Assembly: GCA_937880585.1 (NCBI GenBank)
Contig: CALFMR010000324.1
Span: forward strand, 1-33,339
DNA: 33,339 nucleotides
From: an uncultured Acidobacteriota bacterium
GTDB lineage: Bacteria > Acidobacteriota > Vicinamibacteria > Vicinamibacterales > SCN-69-37
Reading direction: 5' to 3'
Under the pieces are notes generated by a model. That model worked only from the letters and a program-made list of their open reading frames with translations. It was not told where the DNA came from and made no database searches. The translations under genes were made by a program, and so were the position numbers. Positions 16,901 through 24,599 of the stretch are shown piece after piece; the first letter of the stretch is position 1; each line of letters begins with the position of its first letter.

Positions 16901-17096
16901 CGAGCGGCGTGGCAACCGACTGCTCAATCGTGAGGGCATCGGCGCCCGTGTAGGTGCCGGTGACGAAGATCTGCGGTGGCACGATCTCCGGGAACTGCGC
17001 GATGGGCAGGCCCTCGAGCGCGATGATGCCGCCGAGGACCGTGACGATCGCGATGACGATGGCGACGATGGGTCGCCCGATGAAAAAGCGCGACAC
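13947..17096 (-). CDS. multidrug efflux RND permease (HAE1/AcrB family)
   Basis: 1049 aa. MSRFFIGRPIVAIVIAIV, LPIAQFPEI, AIGLVVDDAIVVVE and GLAAKNAILIVEFA are hallmark AcrB motifs. Confidence 0.95.
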   Translation of the reverse strand: MSRFFIGRPIVAIVIAIVTVLGGIIALEGLPIAQFPEIVPPQIFVTGTYTGADALTIEQSVATPLEQQMNGVDNMLYMQSNNSNDGTMTLTVTFDVETDPNVDQVNVQNRMAQAQPNLPTAVSQYGLTMRKSTGLPMLIIGLSSPKHTYNAVFQSNYANINIIDALYRVPGVGEVRVFGAGDYAMRIWLRPDDLSRLGLTVPDVARAVQQQSTVNPSGQIGADPVPSGQEMTYTVRAQGRLETAEEFGHIVVRANPDGSLVRLSDVARVELGAVNYQLIGRMNGQPGCAIGVFQAPGSNALEVADGVKRVMTDIGSRFPDDLHYAYTLDTTLAVSEGIREIVWTLGEAMLLVIIVVYLFLQSWRATIIPMVAVPVSLIGTFAVFPLLGFSVNTLSLFGLVLAIGLVVDDAIVVVEAVEHHIEHGMSPRDATIRAMDEVSGPVVSIALILACVFVPVGLMHGIQGRLNEQFAITIAVSVLISAFNALTLSPALAAILLRPRTHRRWSARFFGAFNRAFDRTATGYVRASRLIIRKAWIGVAAIALFMVAAGFIGRRLPTSFVPEEDYGYFLLNVTLPPAASLERTDAICRQIDGILAATPGIEGYNTIVGFSLLTRVTSSNNGFYFVGLRPWSERTPAGLDARTIVNRLNARFAAELSEGVAIAVMPPSIPGLGAQGGFSMWLQDRSGGSIDFLNDNLQRFLAAARKRPELVNVTSPFSAAVPQVFLDVDRDKALKQGVQLPDIYQTLQAYLGGLFVNQFNRFGRQWRVFLQAEGADRDDPSRIGRFYVRNGAGAMVPLSSLATTRPTAGPQYTNRFNVYRAVQITGAAAAGYSSGQALDALESVAQEVLPREIGYDWSDLSYQEKRASGSAAPIFGLSLLFVFLVLAALYESWSLPFSVLLSVPIAVVGAFGGLALRHFDLDVYAQIGLVMLVGLAAKNAILIVEFAKARREHGRGLVDAALEGARVRLRPILMTSFAFICGCLPLCLARGAGAASRQILGTAVVFGMLLATVVAILFIPMLYVVVERLFARRAVEPTAAPTDPAESAS

Positions 17097-17100
17097 GAGG

Positions 17101-18273
17101 TCAGCGCTCCGCGACGGCTGGCGCGTAGGGCGCCGTCGTGACCGCCGTGCCGTCGGGCACGTCCGGCCCTTCGACGACGACCGTTTCGCCGGCGGACAGG
17201 CCGCTCTGCACGATCCAGCGGCTGCCGACGCGATCGCCGACCGTGACCGCGCGGCGCCGGACCGTGCGATCGGATCCCACGACGCGTAGACGATAGAGGC
17301 CCTGCAGCTCGCTGACGGCGCGCTGCGGCACGAGGAGCGCGCCCGTGATGACGCGCGTCGCGGCGCGCACGCGCGCGAACTGGCCGGGACGCAGCGTGTC
17401 GTTCGGATTCGGGAACTCGGCGCTCACGCGGATCGTGCTCGTGCTCGCGTCGATGCTGCGGTCGGCGGCGAGGAAGCGGCCGCGCCGCGGGTAGACGCTG
17501 CCGTCCACGAGAATGAGCGTCAGCCCGTCGTCGTTGTTCCAGAGCCGGCCCGGCGTGCCACGGTTGAGGCGGCTCGCGAGCGGCAGATATTCGCGCTCGC
17601 TCAGCGGGAAATACGCCTTGATCGGATCGACCTGCGAGACCGTCGTCAACACCGTCGTTGGGCCGACGAGGTCGCCGATCTGCGCTGATGCGATGGCCGC
17701 GACGCCGTCGATGAGCGACGTGACTTTCGTGAAGGACACGTTCAGCGCCGCGGCATCGACCGCGGCCTGCGCCGATTGCACGGTCGCGGCGGCCGCCGCG
17801 CGGGCCTCGCGGTCGTCGTCGAGCTGGCTCTGCGCGATCGCGTGCTGCTCGGCGAGCGGCGTGTCGCGTGCGACGTCGCGGTCCGCCTTGCTGAGCTGCG
17901 CCTGCGATTCGCCAAGTTTCGCCTTCGCCTGCGCGAGCACGGCGTCGAACGGCCGCGGATCGATCTCGAAGAGCACGTCGCCTTTCTTCACGCGCGACCC
18001 TTCGCGATACAGACGTTTGACGAGGTAGCCGGTCACCTGCGGCCGGACTTCCGCGTTGACGTAGCCGTCGAGCGTGGCGAGCCAGTCGGTCGTGAGCGTG
18101 ACCGACTCCGGCTGCACCTGGACGACCGTCATGGTCGGCGGATGGCTCGGCGCGGCGGCGCGGCCTGGCGATCCGCGCTGGCACGCGGCGGTCAGTGCGA
18201 ACCCGGCGACCGCGGTGAAGAGAGCAAGACGATGAATGACGCCATGAATGCGAGGAGGAACGACGACGGTCAT
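17101..18273 (-). CDS. efflux RND periplasmic adaptor (MFP) lipoprotein
   Basis: ATG at 18273 overlaps the tetR TGA (ATGA). Lipobox ALTAAC. VKKGDVLFEIDPRPF lipoyl-like motif and a coiled-coil hairpin. Confidence 0.9.
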   Translation of the reverse strand: MTVVVPPRIHGVIHRLALFTAVAGFALTAACQRGSPGRAAAPSHPPTMTVVQVQPESVTLTTDWLATLDGYVNAEVRPQVTGYLVKRLYREGSRVKKGDVLFEIDPRPFDAVLAQAKAKLGESQAQLSKADRDVARDTPLAEQHAIAQSQLDDDREARAAAAATVQSAQAAVDAAALNVSFTKVTSLIDGVAAIASAQIGDLVGPTTVLTTVSQVDPIKAYFPLSEREYLPLASRLNRGTPGRLWNNDDGLTLILVDGSVYPRRGRFLAADRSIDASTSTIRVSAEFPNPNDTLRPGQFARVRAATRVITGALLVPQRAVSELQGLYRLRVVGSDRTVRRRAVTVGDRVGSRWIVQSGLSAGETVVVEGPDVPDGTAVTTAPYAPAVAER

Positions 18274-18938
18274 GAAACGGTGTCCGATCGAGTCCGATGC
18301 GTGCGGGGATGACGAGGCTGACGACTGGCCGATGATGACGCCGGCGCCGCGCCCGCGGCGGCCAGCGTGAAGTCGATGACGCGCACGAGCCACGCGCTGT
18401 CGAGCGGTCCGGGACGCTGGCGGATGCGCGTCAACACCGCGCCCGTCATGACGTCGAGGAGCAGGTCCAGGTCCGCCCCGGCGGGCAGTTGTCCGCGCGA
18501 GACGGCCCGCTCCAGAATGGCGTGCCGTGCGACGCGATAGCGCTCGCGGACGCTCCGCGACAGCCGGTCCACGGTCGGATCCGCGCGCTCGGTGGTCAGC
18601 ACGAGCACCAGGCCGCGGCCGCGTTCGGTGGCCCAGCCGCGCATGGCGGTCTTGAAGCTGGCGATGAGATCGGACCGCACGTCCCCGGTGTCGGGCACCT
18701 CGGGCGATCCGCCGACGGTCTTGAGCGCCGCGCAGACGAGCCCGGCCTTTTCCGGCCAGCGGCGGTAAATGGTCGTCTTGTTCACGCCCGATCGGGCCGC
18801 GACGTCGTCGACCCGCAGGCGCGCGTAGCCGACGCGGCCGAGCTCGGCGAGCGTCGCCCGCAGGACGGCGGCGACGACGCGCGCACTGCGGCCCCCCGGA
18901 CGCGGGTGCACGGTCGAACGGCGGGCGGCAGTGGGCAT
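18270..18938 (-). CDS. TetR/AcrR-family transcriptional regulator
   Basis: HTH motif VDDVAARSGVNKTTIYRRWPEK. 222 aa. First gene of the efflux operon. Confidence 0.9.
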   Translation of the reverse strand: MPTAARRSTVHPRPGGRSARVVAAVLRATLAELGRVGYARLRVDDVAARSGVNKTTIYRRWPEKAGLVCAALKTVGGSPEVPDTGDVRSDLIASFKTAMRGWATERGRGLVLVLTTERADPTVDRLSRSVRERYRVARHAILERAVSRGQLPAGADLDLLLDVMTGAVLTRIRQRPGPLDSAWLVRVIDFTLAAAGAAPASSSASRQPRHPRTHRTRSDTVS

Positions 18939-18986
18939 GACGAGCGGCGAACGGGCGGGCCGAGCCCCCACTCTATCGCAACCGCC

Positions 18987-19015
18987 GTCAAAAGCAACTT
19001 GGAGTTGCCTTTGAC
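18987..19015. promoter_or_regulatory. candidate TetR operator (13-bp inverted repeat, 3-bp spacer)
   Basis: GTCAAAAGCAACT-TGG-AGTTGCCTTTGAC has one mismatch between arms. It lies 49-77 nt upstream of the tetR ATG in a 104-bp spacer. Confidence 0.55.
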
Positions 19016-19042
19016 GCGTCCGCGCACCCGTGCCGCGGCGGG

Positions 19043-19810
19043 TCAGCGCATCAACTGGCCGCCGTTCACCTCCACCGTCTCGCCGACGATGTAGCTGGCC
19101 GCCGGGGAGGCAAGGAACGCGATGACGCGCGCGCATTCCATCGACGTGCCCAGCCGGCCGATCGGGATCTGCGCGATGAAGGCCTTGATCATCGCCGGCG
19201 TCGAGAACACCTCGTGAAACGGCGTGTCGATGACCCCCGGCGCGATGCCGTTGACGCGTACGCCGTGCGGCGCCAGCTCCTTCGCCATCGACTTCGTGTA
19301 CGCCGTGAGCGCGGCCTTGGCCGCCGCGTACGCGCCGGCGCCCGGGCCGCCGCCCGTGTGGCCGGCGATCGACACGACGTTGACGATGGCGCCCGCCTTC
19401 TTCGCGATCATCGACGGCGCCACGGCCTTGGCGGCGAGCACCGCGCTGTTCAAGTTCAGCGCGAAGATCTCGTCGAGCTTCGCCTCGGTCGCCTCGGCCA
19501 GCGCGAACCGTTCGACGAGCGATCCGGCGTTGTTGACCAGGATGTCGATCGAACCGAGCGCGGAGGTCGTCTCGCGGACCAGCCGGTCGATGTCGGCCGG
19601 CTGGCGCACGTCGGCTTCGATCGCGATGACCGTGCCGCCGGCCTTCGCGATGCGATCGCGCGTGGCCTCGGCGCCTTTCTTGTTCCGATGGTAGCCAATG
19701 GCCACCGGCGCGCCGAGCGATGCGAAGAGCTCCGCCGTGGCCGCGCCAATGCCCGACGAGGCGCCCGTGATGAGTGCGACCTTGCCGCTGAGATCGAGTG
19801 AGTCCGCCAT
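19043..19810 (-). CDS. SDR-family oxidoreductase (FabG-like)
   Basis: ATG at 19810 after AAGGAGA. TGASSGIG, NNAG, YAAAKAA (YxxxK). Confidence 0.9.
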   Translation of the reverse strand: MADSLDLSGKVALITGASSGIGAATAELFASLGAPVAIGYHRNKKGAEATRDRIAKAGGTVIAIEADVRQPADIDRLVRETTSALGSIDILVNNAGSLVERFALAEATEAKLDEIFALNLNSAVLAAKAVAPSMIAKKAGAIVNVVSIAGHTGGGPGAGAYAAAKAALTAYTKSMAKELAPHGVRVNGIAPGVIDTPFHEVFSTPAMIKAFIAQIPIGRLGTSMECARVIAFLASPAASYIVGETVEVNGGQLMR

Positions 19811-19943
19811 CTGTCTCCTTGTTCGTCCGTACGTGGCGCGCGCGAGCGGCGCCCGGGGATATCTTGCCACCACGCCGCGCCCGCGCGCTGCGTTGACGCC
19901 GCGCACGGCCGCCGCGCCAAAGGGCATGGCACGATAACAGACG

Positions 19944-20924
19944 ATGCCGCTCGCTTCGCTGCGCGACGCGCCGGGCCGCCTGATCGACGCCGGCGGCGTC
20001 CGTCTCTACCTGCATGCCGTCGGATCCGGCGGGCCGGTCGTCGTCCTCGACGCGGCGCTCGGGGCGACGTCGTTGAGTTGGCTGCTCGTGCAAGACGCGG
20101 TCGCGCGCTTCGCGCGCACGTGTTCGTACGACCGCGCCGGTCTCGGCTGGAGCGCGCGCGGACCGCTGCCGCGCACGGCCGGCCGCATCGCCGAGGAGCT
20201 GCGCGTGCTGCTCGAGAACGCTGGCGAGGCGCCGCCGTACCTGCTCGTCGGTCACTCGTTCGGCGGTCTCGTCATGCGCGTGTTCGCCGGCCGGTGGCCG
20301 GAGCTCACGGCCGGGCTCGTGCTCGTCGATCCCGCGCAGCCGGAGGATTGGGTCCGTCCGGCGCCGAAGGAACAGATGGCGATCGATCAGGGCGTCCGGT
20401 TGTGCCGGCGGGGATACGTCGCGGCGCGTCTCGGGATCGCGCGGCTTGTCGCCACGCTCGTCGGCATGGGCGCGCTCACGCCGGCGTGGCGGCTCGTGCG
20501 CCTCGTCTCGCGCGGTGCCGTCACGCGGCGCGACGGGCTGTGGGCGCCGATGCTCAAGCTGCCGGCCGGCACGCGCGGGCCGCTGCGGCGGTTCTGGTCG
20601 CAGGCGAAGTTCTACGAGGCGCTCGGCAGCCAGATCGAGAACATCTCGACGAGCGCCGCCGAGACGCTGGCCACCGCCGCCGGCGGTTACGGCGACCTGC
20701 CGCTCGTGACGATCTCGTCCACCGATCCCGGCGACTACCGGATCCGCCAGCAGGACGCGCTCGCGCGCCTCTCGACGCGCGGCCGCCACGTCGTCGCGTC
20801 GAACAGCGGGCATTGGATTCCACTCGACCAGCCCGATCTCGTCGTCGACGTCATCCGGAAGATGGAAATAGAGATCAGGGATCAGGGGGCAGGGATCAGG
20901 GGACAGAAACAAAACAAGAGATGA
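19944..20924 (+). CDS. alpha/beta hydrolase
   Basis: VVVLDAALGATSLSW, nucleophile elbow GHSFGG, C-terminal SGHW. The last ~17 codons are encoded by the heptamer repeat array. Confidence 0.85.
   Translation: MPLASLRDAPGRLIDAGGVRLYLHAVGSGGPVVVLDAALGATSLSWLLVQDAVARFARTCSYDRAGLGWSARGPLPRTAGRIAEELRVLLENAGEAPPYLLVGHSFGGLVMRVFAGRWPELTAGLVLVDPAQPEDWVRPAPKEQMAIDQGVRLCRRGYVAARLGIARLVATLVGMGALTPAWRLVRLVSRGAVTRRDGLWAPMLKLPAGTRGPLRRFWSQAKFYEALGSQIENISTSAAETLATAAGGYGDLPLVTISSTDPGDYRIRQQDALARLSTRGRHVVASNSGHWIPLDQPDLVVDVIRKMEIEIRDQGAGIRGQKQNKR
20873..20907. repeat. tandem heptanucleotide array (about 5 units, GATCAGG-like)
   Basis: GATCAGG GATCAGG GGGCAGG GATCAGG GGACAGA. The 7-nt period is not a multiple of 3, so this is a DNA-level repeat inside the hydrolase 3' end. 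Confidence 0.7.
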
Positions 20925-20926
20925 CG

Positions 20927-21002
20927 CCGCGAGCCCCCGAGCGGAGCGAGGGCGGCGAAGCGCGTAGCGCTGGGGGTGGGGCCCCAGCGCCCTGCAAATA
21001 AG
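20927..21002. repeat. REP-like intergenic element, copy B
   Basis: CCGCGAGCCCCCGAGCGGAGCGAGGGCGGCGAAGCGCGTAGCGCTGGGGGTGGGGCCCCAGCGCCCTGCAAATAAG, with hairpin at 20967-20990. Starts 3 nt after the hydrolase stop codon. Confidence 0.8.
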
Positions 21003-21030
21003 ATGACGTTTGCAGGTAGTATGCCGGCGT

Positions 21031-22296
21031 GTGACGCCGCCCGCTGTTTCCGCACGACCGACGCCACCGCGACTCCGCGCGCGGTGGATGATGATCGCGC
21101 TCGCGTTCTTCGCGACGCTCGTCAACTACCTCGATCGACAGACCCTGTCGGTGGTCGCGCCGGCCATCCGGGCCGAGTTCCACATGAGCAACGAGGCCTA
21201 CGGCTACGTGCTGGCCGCGTTCCTCCTGGCGTATGCGGTGTCGAACGGCGTGAGCGGCCCGATCATCGATCGGCTCGGCACGAAGGTCGGCTACGCGCTG
21301 TCGATGGCATGGTGGTCGACGGCCGCCCTGCTGCACACCTTCGCCGTCGGACCGTGGTCGCTCGCCTCGTATCGGTTCCTGCTCGGCATCGGCGAGGCGG
21401 GCAACTGGCCGGCGGGCGTGAAGGTAGCGACCGAGTGGTTTCCGGCGGAGGAACGCGCGCTCGCCGGCGGCATCTTCAATAGCGGCGCCGCGATTGGGGC
21501 CATTGCCGCGCCGCCGCTCGTCGCCTGGCTCGTCCTCCGTCACGGCTGGCCCGCGGCCTTTTTCCTCGTTGGCCTGACCGGCTACGTGTGGCTCTTCGTC
21601 TGGTGGCGTGTCTATCGCACGCCGCCTGGCCTCGAAGCCGAGGTCTCCGCTCCGCCCGCGCCGGCTTGGCGGCTGTTCCGCACGCGGTTCGTCAGCGTGT
21701 TCACGCTCGCGAAGGTGTTCGTCGATCCGGTCTGGTATTTCTACATTTTCTGGTTCCCGCAGTACCTCAGCAGCGTTTATCACTTCGATCTGGCGTCGAT
21801 CGGCATGACGGCGTGGATCCCGTTCGTCACCGCCGACGCGGGCAATATCATCGGCGGCTGGATCACGGGCCGGCTCGTTGCCGGTGGCATGCGGTCCGAG
21901 GTCGCGCGCAAGGGCATGGTCGCGGCGAGCTGCGTGCTGATGATGTCGGCGATTCCCGCCATCATGACGACGAACGTGTGGGTGTCGATTGCGTTCATCT
22001 CGATCGCGACGTTCGGCTACACGAGCTACAACGCCAATGCGCTCGCGTTTCCCGCCGACGTCGTGCCGAAGAACATGGTCGCGTCCGTGTGGGGCCTGGC
22101 GAGCATGGGCAGCGGCTTCGGCGGGATGCTGTTCAGTTGGCTGAGCGGGCTCTTGATCGATCGCTACGGCTACACGCCCGTCTTCATCGGCTACGGCATC
22201 ATTCCGCTCATCGTGGCGCTGCTGATCGTGTTCGGCATCGGCCCGCTGCGCCCGCTTCGCGGTTTCGAGAGCGCGATGGCAGCCGAACGCGGGTAG
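21031..22296 (+). CDS. MFS transporter (ACS/hexuronate ExuT-like)
   Basis: RWMMIALAFFATLVNYLDRQ, DRLGTKVG, GIGEAGNWPAG, 12 TM-like segments. Start uncertain: TTG 21010, GTG 21031 or ATG 21088. Confidence 0.85.
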   Translation: MTPPAVSARPTPPRLRARWMMIALAFFATLVNYLDRQTLSVVAPAIRAEFHMSNEAYGYVLAAFLLAYAVSNGVSGPIIDRLGTKVGYALSMAWWSTAALLHTFAVGPWSLASYRFLLGIGEAGNWPAGVKVATEWFPAEERALAGGIFNSGAAIGAIAAPPLVAWLVLRHGWPAAFFLVGLTGYVWLFVWWRVYRTPPGLEAEVSAPPAPAWRLFRTRFVSVFTLAKVFVDPVWYFYIFWFPQYLSSVYHFDLASIGMTAWIPFVTADAGNIIGGWITGRLVAGGMRSEVARKGMVAASCVLMMSAIPAIMTTNVWVSIAFISIATFGYTSYNANALAFPADVVPKNMVASVWGLASMGSGFGGMLFSWLSGLLIDRYGYTPVFIGYGIIPLIVALLIVFGIGPLRPLRGFESAMAAERG

Positions 22297-22326
22297 CGCG
22301 CTCCGCGTCCGCCGGCGCCGCGCGCG

Positions 22327-23163
22327 TCAGGATGACTGCGACGTCCGTCTCGGGATGACGATCACCTGTCCGGGATGGATCGTCGACGAGTGCAGGTCGT
22401 TCGCGCGGCGCAACGCCGCGGCCGACGTGTCGTATTCGTGCGCGATGCTCCAGAGCGTGTCGCCGTGCTGCACCGTGTGCGAGCGGCTGTCCGCCGCATC
22501 GGCCAGCACGTGCTCGGTCGGCCGCTTGGTCGTCGTCGCCACGTAGTTGACGTAGGACTCGGGGAAGATCGCGACGTGGAAGTGCGGCGGATAGTGTTCG
22601 AGCGTGGCTTCGAGCGTGTGCTGCCGTTCGAGGTACAGCAGCGTCGACGCCAGCCACGCGCGGCACGACCCATCGGCGGGCCGCCGCAGATCGATGGCCA
22701 TGCCGGTCGGATGGACCGATCGCGGCGAGGCATTGGCGGGCTGGAACGCGGTCGGGCGCGTGAGGCTCGTCACGACCAGCGGCTCGCCGCACGTGCTGCG
22801 ATATTCGCGCGATAGCCGCTCGATGAACAGCCGCACTTCCGGCCGTGCGACGGGAAACGACACGCCGTGCAGCTGGTAGTTGGCGTTGCCTTTGATCGGC
22901 ACGAGCAGGCCGGCGTCGACGAAACGGCCGAGCTGGCTGCGGCTGTGGAGATACGTGAAGTCGTTCATCCGTGCGTGACGATTCTGCTGATCGAGCGAGG
23001 CCGGGCTGCCGCGCAGGCTTTGCGCGGCCGCATCACCGCAAAGAGTGAGCGCGCCCGTGGCGGCCAGCGCCGCAATGAAGACGCCCGATCGGCGGAGACG
23101 CCAATGAGCACGAGATGAAGAGGGGTGAGTGGACGATCGGATGGTGGAGGTGTCGAACGGCAT
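22327..23163 (-). CDS. secreted LAS-type (VanY/DD-peptidase-fold, DUF5715-like) metallopeptidase with C-terminal LysM domain
   Basis: Signal-like VFIAALAATGALTLCG. SVHPTGMAIDL (HxxxxxxD) and HFHV (HxH). LysM: HTVQHGDTLWSIAHEYDTSAAALRRANDLHSSTIHPGQVIVIP. Confidence 0.75.
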   Translation of the reverse strand: MPFDTSTIRSSTHPSSSRAHWRLRRSGVFIAALAATGALTLCGDAAAQSLRGSPASLDQQNRHARMNDFTYLHSRSQLGRFVDAGLLVPIKGNANYQLHGVSFPVARPEVRLFIERLSREYRSTCGEPLVVTSLTRPTAFQPANASPRSVHPTGMAIDLRRPADGSCRAWLASTLLYLERQHTLEATLEHYPPHFHVAIFPESYVNYVATTTKRPTEHVLADAADSRSHTVQHGDTLWSIAHEYDTSAAALRRANDLHSSTIHPGQVIVIPRRTSQSS

Positions 23164-23252
23164 GACATCGTGCGTGTCGGGTCAGGCGCGCACTGGCAAT
23201 ATCGGGTCGAGACAGTATTTTCGTGAGGCCTGCGAAGCGACGGCTGCGGGAG

Positions 23253-23329
23253 TGGCGCGCCCGGCTGGACTCGAACCAGCTACCCCCGACTTAGAAGGTC
23301 GGTGCTCTATCCAGATGAGCTACGGGCGC
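23253..23329 (-). tRNA. tRNA-Arg (TCT)
   Basis: The reverse complement GCGCCCGTAGCTCATCTGGATAGAGCACCGACCTTCTAAGTCGGGGGTAGCTGGTTCGAGTCCAGCCGGGCGCGCCA folds as a cloverleaf. Anticodon loop CTTCTAA. 77 nt with encoded CCA. Confidence 0.9.
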
Positions 23330-23445
23330 GTCGGTCCGTATTGTACGTGCGCCTGCCGGCTCCCGGCGCGGCGCCCGCGGTCCGCCAGCGCGCAGCGTCG
23401 GATCGACTACAGTGTCGGCGTGCGGCCGCCCACGCGTCGTGTTTC

Positions 23446-24537
23446 ATGACCGCGGACGACATTCGCTTGGTCCTGCGCCTTGCCCGAGGCGATAGGGCCG
23501 CCGCCGTGCGGCTCGCTGAGGCGCGCACGGCGCCGTTCGACGATCTCGCCGATCGCGCGCTCGCTGAAGGCTTGGGCGTCGTCCTGTTCCGCGGGTGGTC
23601 CGCGTTGCCATCCGGCGCACCGTTCGTCCTTTCCGACTCGTACCTCGACGCGCTTCGCGCCCGCGCCGAACGTCAGGCCGTCCGCACGGCGGCGCAGATC
23701 GACGCGCTCGCGCACATCACGGACACCTTTGCTGCGGCGGGCCTGTCATTCATTCTGCTCAAGGGGCCGTATCTTGCCGCGCGCTTCTACGGCGATCCGG
23801 CGGGGCGTGAGTTCGTCGACCTCGATCTGCTCGTCCGCCGCGCCGATCGCGCCCGCGCGTCCGAACGGCTCACGTCGATCGGGTACGCGCGCCGATCACG
23901 CGTCCTCGGCAGCGAGGCGCTGACCGCATGGTTCGTTCATGCCTTCGATTACGCCGACGCGCGGACCTATCTCGACCTGCACTGGTGTCTGTCGCGTCAC
24001 CCGCCCGTGCAGGTCGACGAGCGGCGGCTCTGGTCCTCGCGTGGCGAATGGACGGTCGGCGGTCGCGGCTACGCCGTGCTCGACGCCGAGCACGACATCG
24101 TGTTCGGCGCGCTGTCCTTTCTACGCGATGTCGAACGCGGACGGCCGAAAGCCAAGAACGTCGTCGACCTCGTCCAACTCGTGGCCGCGGCCGACACCGA
24201 TCTCGATTGGGAGGCCGTCTTCGGTCGCGCACGCGGGGAAGGCACCCACGGGCCGCTCGTCGACGTGCTGTCGCTCTGTCTCGATGTGGCGGACGCGCGC
24301 GATCTCGCGCCGCGCCTCGATCGAGCATTGACCGCCAGCGGGCGTCGCGCAGCCGGCACGCCGACAGACGTGCCATTCGTCCTGCCACCGGTAATCGCGA
24401 ATTTCGGCAACAAGCGATGGGTGGCGCGCGCCTACGATGCTGGGTGGATCAGATGGCTACTCTGGTGGGCCGTGTCGCTGCCATTTCGCCTCGGTGTCCA
24501 TCGCGGCCCGCCGCCGGCGGCTCGTCGACGGATCTGA
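23446..24537 (+). CDS. PF14907-like (NTP_transf_5) uncharacterised nucleotidyltransferase
   Basis: ATG at 23446. FILLKGPYLAARFYGDPAGREFVDLDLLVRRADRARASERLTSIGY and YLDLHW match the family pattern as I remember it. 363 aa. Confidence 0.75.
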   Translation: MTADDIRLVLRLARGDRAAAVRLAEARTAPFDDLADRALAEGLGVVLFRGWSALPSGAPFVLSDSYLDALRARAERQAVRTAAQIDALAHITDTFAAAGLSFILLKGPYLAARFYGDPAGREFVDLDLLVRRADRARASERLTSIGYARRSRVLGSEALTAWFVHAFDYADARTYLDLHWCLSRHPPVQVDERRLWSSRGEWTVGGRGYAVLDAEHDIVFGALSFLRDVERGRPKAKNVVDLVQLVAAADTDLDWEAVFGRARGEGTHGPLVDVLSLCLDVADARDLAPRLDRALTASGRRAAGTPTDVPFVLPPVIANFGNKRWVARAYDAGWIRWLLWWAVSLPFRLGVHRGPPPAARRRI

Positions 24538-24599
24538 ATCGTCGCGCGACACGCGACGCGGACGGCGGGACGCTTGTCGCTCCGGCAGACTCGACGGGA

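Noticed and set aside
20873-20907. Heptamer arrays (also 31271-31305) as CRISPR-like or coding amino-acid repeats.
   Set aside because: The units are 7 nt with no spacers and only about 5 copies, so this is not a CRISPR array. The period is not a multiple of 3, so it is not a peptide repeat.
24540-24558. GC hairpin CGTCGCG-CGACA-CGCGACG between the convergent NTase and GT1 genes, as a terminator.
   Set aside because: The stem is only 7 bp and has no U-tract on either side. Similar short GC palindromes are frequent in this composition, so I do not call it a feature.
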